A stretch of 64,000 nucleotides of DNA from Mobula birostris (taxonomy: Eukaryota): the NCBI RefSeq assembly GCF_030028105.1, contig NW_027278339.1, forward strand, positions 62,001-126,000, written 5' to 3'. The position numbers and the translations under genes are program-made. Under the pieces are notes generated by a model. The model did no database searches. It worked only from the letters and a program-made list of their open reading frames with translations, and was not told the origin of the DNA. Below are positions 1 to 10,100 of the stretch, piece after piece (the stretch's first letter is position 1; each line of letters starts with the position of its first letter).

Positions 1-789
1 ATGGTGCAGTTCGCATGCATGCAATCCAGCCTGTCATTCCACTGATTGAACACTGAAGGGCAGCACCGACAGGAGAGGCCAGCCCCCAACTGAGCATGGA
101 AACCACGCTACACCGCCTGTAGCGCCTCCTCTCCCAGTCTGCAGCAGCAGGCAAGCCCGCAGCTTGAGGCCTAGTCCTCACTACATCCGATGCCACACAG
201 CTCCCCCGCCGTCTGTCGCACCACCAAACAATGGAGGCAGGCCTGCGGCATTCTATATCATCAGTGTCCAACAGGGTCTTGCATTCGCAAGTGAAACGTC
301 CGAGACAGTTACACTGCACACCGCCTTGGATATCTTTCTGTAGCCGGCACCAAGTCCAGATCCTCCGCCAACGAGCAGCTCACTGATGGGGCGGACCTGC
401 AGTACCCAAAGTTCTTGGAGTCCAGCACTGTCTTGTGATCATAAAAAAACCACCTTTGGTTGGCCTGAGAACCCTCTGCACCCGAATGTGCTGCCATCTT
501 AGCGGAAGATTGTGCCATCCGCAAACTTAACAGCTCACCCTTTTGGTTCTTCATCCAAGTCATTTATAAAAATCACAAAGAGCAGGGGTCCGAGAACAGA
601 TTGCTGAAGAACACCACCATTCACTGACCTCCAGGCAGAACGTCTTCCATACACTACCACCTTTTGCATTCTGCGTGCAAGCCGATATTGAACCCATGCA
701 GCCCAGGTACCCTGGGTCCCATGCCTCCTGACTTTCTGGGTCAGCCCACCATGGTGAACTCCTTCCCAAAACCCATGTACACCACATCC

Positions 790-1181
790 ATCACTCTAAC
801 TTCAATTTGATTGGTCAGTTTTATCAAAAGTGCCCATGCTGACCATCTCTAATCAGACTATACTTCTCCGAATCCTCGAAAATCCTGCCTCGAAGAATCC
901 TCTCCAACAGCTTGCTCAGCTCACTGGTCTGTAATTCCCAGGATTATCTCGATTACCTTTCCTGAACATAGGAATAACATTTGCCTGCCTCCAATGTTCC
1001 GGTACTACTCTGGTGGCCAGTGAGGACCCAAAGATGGTCACCAAAGGCGATGGTCAGGTGTGTGTCTCATATACACAGCACATGTCTCTCACGGGTACCC
1101 CATGTCAGAAACACAAACCCCCACCCCCGAATTTCACACCTACATACACACACTCTCCCCATGTCCCATGCAGACAATGAA

Positions 1182-1213
<32 letters not shown>

Positions 1214-2465
1214 TCCCCCCAGTCCCACACACAGACAGACATGCACTCACACACATCATTTGGCCCATCAAGTCTTCTCCACCATTTCATCATGGCTGAT
1301 CCATTTTCCCTCTCAGCCCCAATCTCCTGCCTTCTCTCCATATCCCTTCAAGCCCTGACCAATCAAGAATCTATCAATCTCTGCCTGAAGTATTCCTAAA
1401 GACTTGGTCTCCACAGCTGCCTGTGGCAGCGAATTCCAGATTCACCATTCACTGGCTAAAGAAATTCCTCCTCGTCTCCGTTCCAAAAGGATGCCCCTCT
1501 ATTCTGAGGCTGTGTCCTCTGGTCTTAGACTCTCCCCCCATAGGAAACATCCTCTCTAGATCTGTCTGTCTCTCATACACACACAAGGAGAAGACCCAGC
1601 ACAGATCCCTGTGGAATACCACTGTCACTGATTTCCAGGCAGAATACGTACCATCTGTAATGCCCTGGTTCACATCTTCACTGTAATGCTGTATGCATTT
1701 TATTTAGCAGTTCTGTGAGAGCAGGCTGTTCTGCTTTCAGCCTGTTTGGGTTACTGCCGAAGATAAGGAATGATGAGGAGTGTGTGCCATCCAATTAGGA
1801 CGGTGGAATGGGGGTGGGGGGGGGAGGTTTTTTTTTGGTGAGGGACACTAAGGTTGGTCTTGAGTCTTTTGTTCGGCGGGAGATGAAGAGACAAGACGCT
1901 GGGGAGAACCGGTTGTAGGATACAACCCGTTTGTTCGAGACGGATTGCGAGCGACAATCGGAAGGTGGTGCGGACATTCACGTTGACCCAGGGCCCAGCG
2001 CGTGAGTGACAGAGAAGTTCGAGATGAAATCCAACTTGTGCACATTTGACTGTTTAACTATAATGGGCCGTTTTTTTTGCTAACCCTTAAGCTAAGATTC
2101 ATAAATATAATTCTTTTAATCGTATGCAGCGTGCTGTCTGTTATTTCTTGGCACTGAGCTGTAACAGGGTAGCAAATGACACAGCACCTGCACAAACCGG
2201 GGTTTGAGGTGGGAGAGCCGTCTCAATCTCATGGATTTGGCGGAACCAGAGAGTGTCTTCCCTATACTTAAGCAGCCAAGGACACACCTAATGCCAGCCC
2301 CTGCCTTCTATAGGCAAACCAACATCGCATTCATGCAGCCAAATTTCCCTGGATCCCAAGTGTCCTGACTCTCTGAATGAGCCTACCACGGGGAACCTCG
2401 CTGCACACTTTACTAAAATCTATGTACACCACATCCAGTGCCCAACCTTATTCAATTTGTTTTGT
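790..2465 (-). mobile_element. CR1 LINE fragments (RT region and 3' end) interrupted by other insertions
   Basis: MFPMGGESKTRGHSLRIEGHPFGTETRRNFFSQ is typical of the CR1 ORF2 C-terminus. Confidence 0.8.
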
Positions 2466-2532
2466 CTCAGACAGACAGACACCCTCACCCACCCCATCCA
2501 CACAACACCCCTACCCCTGGAACTTGGCACAC

Positions 2533-2746
2533 CTGTGGGGGGAAGAGCTTGCCCAGGCTGGGGTCAGTGCCCACACTGGGAGTGAGGGGTTTGTCGGACC
2601 CCTGGCCATCCAGGGGCAGAACTGGGCCAGTGTCCAGGCAGCTGTCGATCTCGTAGTGCACGTACTTGCAGGTGTCCATGTGGAAGCAGGTGTTGAGGAA
2701 GGAGCAGTCACCCAGAGACTCATCCGTGTGCTTGTTGATGATGCGC
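2533..2746 (-). CDS. METTL3: METTL3 (m6A methyltransferase catalytic subunit), internal exon encoding CCCH zinc finger 2 and linker; gene partial in window
   Basis: Translates (R)RIINKHTDESLGDCSFLNTCFHMDTCKYVHYEIDSC...KLFPPQ, matching vertebrate METTL3. Acceptor ttccacag| at 2747, donor CAG|gtgtgc at 2532; starts in phase 2, fitting the upstream ...KLHF-AG exon end. Confidence 0.96.
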
Positions 2747-3799
2747 CTGTGGAAGCAAGAGGTCAGGCCCAGAGGAGCAACAGGTACCCCCTGGAGAGAG
2801 GGATCCCCCACCCTGGAGAGGGATCTCCTGCCTAGAGAGAGAGAGGGAAAGAGGGAGCCTACAGCCAGGAGAGGGATACCCCACCCACAGAGAGAGGGAT
2901 TCTACAGCCAGGGGAGGGATCCCCTGCCTAGCGAGAGAGGGATCTCCCAGCCCAGAGAGAGGGGGATTCTCCTGCCGAGAGAGAAAGATCCTCACCCAGA
3001 GAGAGGGATCCCTTGCCCCGGAGGAAACTGCCAACTGAAGCAAGGAACCCCCCCCCCCACAAAAAACCCATCCAGGGAGGCGGGTTCCCCACCTGGACAG
3101 ACCCCCCCCCCCCAATTGAAGCAAAGGATACCCATTAGAGAGTGCCATCCCCACTGGAGAAAAGGAGCCCCACTAGGGAGACTCCCCCCCATGAGTGAGG
3201 TATCCCGCTGGAATGAGAGAAGGATCCCCACCCAAAGGGCTCCTCTACAGCGGTGAGGGATTGCCAACCCCGAGGGATCACCCATCAGGAAGAGATCCAA
3301 CCATGCTGAGTAAATAATCACCCCCCCCACCTAAAAGAAAGATCATTTACCCTAATCCAAACATGTCGATCGAGGGATCTCCCCCACACCAGTGAGAGGG
3401 ATCCCCAATCCAACTAAGGGAACAAGCCAGAGCGAGGGATCCCAACCAGAGTGCGAAGGATCTCCAAATGGTTGAGACATCCCTCCCCAACAGGGAGCAC
3501 CAGGGGTGAAAGAACCTCCAACACAAAAGATTCTGGACACTTCATCCACCCCCCCCACACCGCTCCACCAGCCCTAATTCCTACCGCCATTTCCTGCCCC
3601 CCCCCCTTACTCCCACCCACCTGAAGTGAAGCTTGTGGGCAGGGCTGCTCCAGGATCTGGGCTCTCATAAACATCGCCTACTTCAGTCACAATCCCGCAG
3701 TCCTCCTGTTCCCTTGTCCTGCCTCTCCCACCCCCGCCCTCTCTTCCTTCAGCCCCTCACTATGTCACCCCCGTCACCACCTGGGCGGCAGGACCCCCC

Positions 3800-4550
3800 T
3801 CCAACAGGCCCTGGGCCCTCGTATACACTTCCCCTCTCTCCCTCACCCCCCCCTCCATCACTCCCCGACCACACTGCCCCCACCTGAAGTGGAGTTTGCG
3901 GCAGGGCCGCTCCAGGTCCTGGGCCCTCGTATACACTTCCCCTCTCTCCCTCACCCCCCCCCCTCCATCACTCCCCGACCACACTGCCCCCACCTGAAGT
4001 GGAGTTTGCGGCAGGGCCGCTCCAGGTCCTGGGCCCTCGTATACACTTCCCCTCTCTCCCTCACCACCCCCCCCTCCATCACTCCCCGACCACACTGCCC
4101 CCACCTGGAGTGGAGTTTGCGGCAGGGCCGCTCCAGGTCCTGGGCCCTCGTATACACTTCCCCTCTCTCCCTCACCCCCCCCCTCCATCACTCCCCGACC
4201 ACACTGCCCCCACCTGGAGTGGAGTTTGCGGCAGGGCCGCTCCAGGTCCTGGGCCCTCGTATACACTTCCCCTCTCTCCCTCACCCCCCCCCCCCATCAC
4301 TCCCCGACCACACTGCCCCCACCTGAAGTGGAGTTTGCGGCAGGGCCGCTCCAGGTCCTGGGCCCTCGTATACACTTCCCCTCTCTCCCTCACCCCCCCC
4401 CCATCACTCCCCGACCACACTGCCCCCACCTGAAGTGGAGTTTGCGGCAGGGCCGCTCCAGGTCTGGGCCCTCGTATACACTTCCCCTCTCTCCCTCACC
4501 CCCCCCCCCCTCCATCACTCCCCCGACCACACTGCCCCCACCTGAAGTGG
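3800..4550 (-). repeat. ~110-bp tandem repeat containing the 3' end of the METTL3 ZnF1 exon (TRAQDLERPCRKLHFR) plus its GT donor
   Basis: Donor-like AG|GTGGGG junctions at 3884, 3994, 4105, 4214, 4323, 4430 and 4542; the array runs into the N gap. Confidence 0.9.
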
Positions 4551-5050
4551 NNNNNNNNNNNNNNNNNNNNNNNNNNNNNNNNNNNNNNNNNNNNNNNNNN
4601 NNNNNNNNNNNNNNNNNNNNNNNNNNNNNNNNNNNNNNNNNNNNNNNNNNNNNNNNNNNNNNNNNNNNNNNNNNNNNNNNNNNNNNNNNNNNNNNNNNNN
4701 NNNNNNNNNNNNNNNNNNNNNNNNNNNNNNNNNNNNNNNNNNNNNNNNNNNNNNNNNNNNNNNNNNNNNNNNNNNNNNNNNNNNNNNNNNNNNNNNNNNN
4801 NNNNNNNNNNNNNNNNNNNNNNNNNNNNNNNNNNNNNNNNNNNNNNNNNNNNNNNNNNNNNNNNNNNNNNNNNNNNNNNNNNNNNNNNNNNNNNNNNNNN
4901 NNNNNNNNNNNNNNNNNNNNNNNNNNNNNNNNNNNNNNNNNNNNNNNNNNNNNNNNNNNNNNNNNNNNNNNNNNNNNNNNNNNNNNNNNNNNNNNNNNNN
5001 NNNNNNNNNNNNNNNNNNNNNNNNNNNNNNNNNNNNNNNNNNNNNNNNNN
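4551..5050. other. Assembly gap (500 N)
   Basis: N run; the round size suggests a scaffolding gap of unknown true length. A second gap lies at 5415-5562. Confidence 0.98.
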
Positions 5051-5599
5051 CTCCCGTCTCCACCCCTCCCTCTCCTCACAACCATCACTCCCTCTCACCC
5101 CCTCACAATTACCCCCCTCTCCCTGTCATAATTACCCCCTCCTCCACCACCTCCCCCTTCCCTAACACCTCCCTCCCTCCACACCCTCCCCCTCTCAAAA
5201 TTACCTGCTTCCTTTTCCACACCCTTTCCCCCTCACGCCACCCCAACCCCTTCCCCTTCACGCCCGCCCCCTTCCCCCTCACACCCACCCGCATTCCCCT
5301 CACACTCGCCCCCTCCCCCTCCCTTTCCTCCTCCCCTCCTCTCTCCCTCCTCCCCTCCTCTCCCCCTCCTCCTCCCCTCCCCCTCCCCCCTCCCCCCCTC
5401 CTCTCTCCCTCCTCNNNNNNNNNNNNNNNNNNNNNNNNNNNNNNNNNNNNNNNNNNNNNNNNNNNNNNNNNNNNNNNNNNNNNNNNNNNNNNNNNNNNNN
5501 NNNNNNNNNNNNNNNNNNNNNNNNNNNNNNNNNNNNNNNNNNNNNNNNNNNNNNNNNNNNNNNCTCCTCTCCTCTCTTCCCCCTCTCCTCTCCCCCCTC

Positions 5600-7010
5600 C
5601 TCCCCCCCCTCACGCCGGTCCCCTTTCCCCTCCCTTCCCCCCTCACACCGGCCCCCTTTCCCCTTCTACGCCGGCCCCCTTGCCCCCCTCATGCCGGCCC
5701 CCTTTCCCCTCTCATGCCGGCCCCCTTGCCCCCCTCACGCCGGCCCCCTTTCCCCTCCCTTCCCCCTCACGCCGGCCCCCTTTCCCCTCCCTTCCCCCCT
5801 CACGCCGCCCCCCTTTCCCCTCCCTTCCCCCCTCACGCCGGCCCCCTTTCCCCTCACTCCCCCCCTCACGCCGCCCCCCTTTCCCCTCCCTCCCCCCTCA
5901 CGCCGGCCCCCTTTCCCCTCCCTCCCCCCCCTTACGCCGGCTACGCCGGCCCCCTTGCCCCCTCACGCCGGCCCCCTTTCCCCTCCCTCCCCCCCTCACG
6001 CCGGCCCCCTTTCCCCTCCCTCCCCCCCTCACGCCGGCCCCCTTTCCCCTCCCTCCCCCCCCTTACGCCGGCTACGCCGGCCCCCTTGCCCCCTCACGCC
6101 GGCCCCCTTTCCCCTCCCTCCCCCCCTCACGCCGGCCCCCTTTCCCCTCCCTCCCCCCCTCACGCCGGCCCCCTTTCCCCTCCCTCCCCCCCTCACGCCG
6201 CCCCCCTTTCCCCTCCCTCCCCCCTCACGCCGGCCCCCTTTCCCCTCTCTCCCCCCCCTCGCGCCGGCCCCCTTGCCCCCTCACGCCGGCCCCCTTTCCC
6301 CTCCCTCCCCCCCTCACGCCGGCCCCCTTTCCCCTCCCTCCCCCCCTCACGCCGGCCCCCTTTCCCCTCCCTCCCCCCCTCACGCCGGCCTCCTTTCCCC
6401 TCACTCCCCCCCTCACGCCGCCCCCCTTTCCCCTCCCTCCCCCCTCACGCCGGCCCCCTTTCCCCTCTCTCCCCCCCCTCGCGCCGGCCCCCTTGCCCCC
6501 CTCACACCAGCCCCCTTTCCCCTTCTTCGCCGGCCCCCTTGCCCCCCTCACGCCGGCCCCCTTTCCCCCCCCTCACGCCGGCCCCCTTTCCCCTCCCTCC
6601 CCCCCTCACGCCGGCCCCCTTTCCCCTCCCTCCCCCCGCTCACGCCGGCCCCTTTTCCTTCCCTCCCCCCCCTCACGCCGGCCCCCTTTCCCCCCCCTCA
6701 CGCCGGCCCCCTTTCCCCCCCCCTCACGCCGGCCCCCTTTCCCCTCCCTCCCCCTGCTCACGCCGGCCCCTTTTCCTTCCCTCCCCCCCCTCACGCCGGC
6801 CCCCTTGCCCCCCCCCTCACGCCGGCCCCCTTTCCCCTCCCTCCCCCCCTCACGCCGGCCCCCTTTCCCCTCCCTCCCCCCCTCACGCCGGCCCCCTTTC
6901 CCCTCCCTCCCCCCCTCACGCCGGCCCCCTTTCCCCTCCCTCCCCCCGCTCACGCCGGCCCCCTTTCCCCTCCCTCCTCCCCCTCACGCCGGCCCCTTTT
7001 CCTTCCCTCT
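5600..7010. repeat. C-rich, CpG-containing ~30-bp minisatellite (CCCTCACGCCGGCCCCCTTTCCCCTCCCT)n
   Basis: Direct tandem iteration; explains the three overlapping Pro-rich ORFs. Confidence 0.95.
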
Positions 7011-7059
7011 TACTCTCTCTACCACCTCACGGCTCCCGTTCCCCTTCCTCTGCCGGTTT

Positions 7060-7168
7060 CTGCCAACAGGCGCGCTGCGGCCACCCGGGGCGGGCTGCGC
7101 TCTGATTGGCGGAGCGCGGGGTCCTTCGACCGGGCGTGTGGCGGCGGTAAGATGGCGGCGGTCAGACA
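7060..7168 (+). promoter_or_regulatory. CpG-rich housekeeping-type promoter and first exon for ACIN1
   Basis: GC box GGGGCGGGC 7087-7095, inverted CCAAT (ATTGG) 7105-7109, YY1-type AAGATGGCGGCG 7149-7160 overlapping the ATG. Confidence 0.75.
7152..7168 (+). CDS. ACIN1: ACIN1 candidate first coding exon (MAAVR-Q)
   Basis: ATG in YY1/Kozak context; donor CA|gtgagg in phase 2, matching the phase-2 acceptor at 12914. Confidence 0.65.
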
Positions 7169-10100
7169 GTGAGGGCGACGGACGGAGGGGGAGGGAGCGG
7201 GGTAAGGGGAACGGAGGGTCTGGGGTGTGAGTGGCTCAGTGGGAGAGTCGATGGTTGTGTTGTGGGGTGTGTTCGAGAGAGACGCAGAGTGGGTACGTGT
7301 GGGACCGAGGGGAGCGGGAGGAACGGGGTTGATGTGGAGGGTGGGATGAACAGAAGAAAGGGAGGGGTGAACGGGAAAAGAGAGGGGGAGGTGAATAAGG
7401 AAGGGGAGGAGTTGAGGGGAAAATGGGGATGAAAAGGAAGGGAGGATGCCTGAAGACGGCAGGAGTAAGGTTGAGAGGAAGAGAGGGATGCAGAGTCAGG
7501 TAAATGAGGAATAACGGGGAAGGTGAGAAGGAAAGGGGTTTGGTGGGAGATGGTGACCTGAAAGAGGGAGAAAGGGGAGAAAAGGTGAGGGAGAGTGGAG
7601 GTTAAATGATAGGGTGGAAGAAGGGATGAGTGAAGAAAGAAGGAATGAAGTAGGGTTATAGTGGAAGGAGGGGCGATGATGAGGAAAGGGTGGGGGGGCT
7701 CAGTGGAGATTAAGTTAGAGTGAGAGATGGAGATGGAAGGGAGGACAGGAGATGAAATGGGAGAAGGGGTTAAGGATAGAGTAAGGGGAGGTATGGGGGG
7801 AGAAGGGTGGGATGGTTGGACATGAGATGGGTGAGTGAGAGGAGGAGTTGAGGGGAAGAAGTATTGAAGGAGGGGGCGATGGAAGAAAAAGGGGATGGTG
7901 AGGGGTTTAGGGTGACGGGGAAAATGAGAGAAACCAATGGGGAACATCGGAAAGATGAATTTGAAATTTGTAAATGTGTTTTTGTTGTGACAAAGTGCAA
8001 AACAGTGAAATCATTTTGATTTGCATGCCATACAGAACATTTCTTCACACCAATACATAGGGAAAAAAATAACTGAATGTAGAATAAAGTGTGACAGATA
8101 CAGAGAAAGTGAGGTACAGGCAGACAATGAGGTGCAAAAGTCATGACGGGGTAGATTGTGAGGTCAAGACTCCATCTCATTGTTCAATAATGGGGAGCTT
8201 GAGCCTAGAGGTATGCGCTTTCAGGCTTTTTTATCTTCTACTCAATGGGAGGGGGAGAAGGGAGACTCTCTGGAGTAGGTATTGACTTCGATTTTGCTGG
8301 CTGCTTTACTGAGGCAGTGATGAGTGTAGACAGAGTCCATGGAGGAGGGATGGTTTCTGTGATGTCTCGAGCTGTGTCCACAAGTCGCGGGCAGAGCAGT
8401 TGCTGTAGTAAGACATGATGTATTAGGGTACAATGCTTTCTGTGGTGCACTAATAAATATTGGTAAGCGAGGTGGAGAGTGGCAATATTAGAAAGGGAGA
8501 GAAAACCTAGAACATTACAGCACAGTGTAGCCGCCGGCCGACGAGGTTGTACCTCACTTGACCTGCTCTAAGATCAATCTAACACTTTCCTCCACATAAC
8601 CCTCATTTATGTGACTATTTTAGAGTTTCTTATATATTTCTAATGTTTCTGCCTCTACCACTACCTCTGGTAGGGTGTTCTACTCTCTGTATAAAAAAAG
8701 TCATCTCTGACATGCCCCCTGTACTTTCCTCCAATCACCTTAAAATTGTGCCCTCTTGTATTAGCCACTTCCACCCTGGGGGAGAAAAGTCTCTGGCCGT
8801 CTACTAGATCTGTGGCTCTTCTCATTTTATACGTTCTCTATCAAGTCATTGTTGTTCACTCCAGAGAGAAGAACTGTAGCTTGCTCAACCTGTCTTCTTA
8901 AGACATGCTCACTAATCCAGAAAATTTCTAAAACTTCCACGTCCTTCCAATAATGAGGCAACCGGAACTGAACACACTACTCCAGGAGCGGTCAAGCCAG
9001 GGTTTTACAGAGCTGCAACATACCTCGGGACTCTTGAACTCACTCCCCAAACTAGCGAAAGTTACACCTTCATAACAACCCTATCAACTCGCGCAGCGCC
9101 TCTGAGGGATCAGTGGGCATGGATCCGAAGATCCTTCTGTTCCTCCACACTGTTGAGAATTCTGCCTTCAACTTTGACCTTACTTCACACTTTTCTGGTT
9201 GTACTCCATCTGCCACTTCTGAGCCCAGCTGTGTGTCCATTGTGACCTATGACAGCCTTCTGCACTCTCCACAACTCTGCCAACTTTGGTGTCATTTGCA
9301 AACTTACCAACCCACCCACCCACTTCCATCCAATTCAATTATAAAAATCACAAGGAGCAAAGATCCCAGAACAGAACCCTGCAGTGCACCATTAGCCACC
9401 AACCTCCAGGCAGAATACAACCAGCCTGGACTAGCCACTTCCGAATCTACACAGCCAACTTCCCTGGATCTCACGTCTTCTGATTTTCTGAATGATCCTA
9501 CCATAAGGGGAACCTTATCAAATGTCTTACTAAATTCTGTATACACCACATCTACTGCTCTAACTTCAATGTGCTTTATCACATCCTCAGAGGATTCAGT
9601 CAAGCCTATGAGGTATGACATGCCCTTATACAGCTATACTGACTATCCTTAATCAGACTGTGTTTCTCCAAATGCTCGTAAATCCTGTCTGAGAATCCTC
9701 TCCCATAATTTGCCCACCACGGAAGTAAGGCTCACCAGTCTGTAATTCCCAGGGTTATCCCGACTCCCTTTCTTGAATAAAGGAATAACATTTGCCTCCC
9801 ACCAAACATTTGTACGGGCTCCTGTGGCCAGTGAGAACGCAAAGATCATCGCCAAAGGCGCAGCAATCTTTCCCTTTGCTTCCAAGTAGTATCCTGGGGT
9901 ATATCCTGTACGACTTCAGAGACTTACCTATCCTGATATTTTTCAAAAGTTTCAGCACATCCTCTTTCTTAGCACTGACATGTTCTAGCATATCAGCCTG
10001 TTTTATGCTGTTCTCACATCAGCCAACGTCTCTCCCACTGGTGAATACTGAAGCAAAGTTCATTAAGGATCTTCTGTGACCCCAGGTACCTGTTTCTTCC

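Noticed and set aside
3884-3918. 35-nt METTL3 microexons (CCCAG|GAC...TTCAG|GT) in each repeat unit
   Set aside because: Upstream sequence is purine-rich with no pyrimidine tract, and the spacers are only about 75 nt; alternative donor use is more plausible.
4226-5646. Long ORFs containing X runs
   Set aside because: They read through N gaps.
5680-7230. Three 460-516-aa Pro-rich ORFs
   Set aside because: Stop-free minisatellite open in all frames; no domain or splice support.
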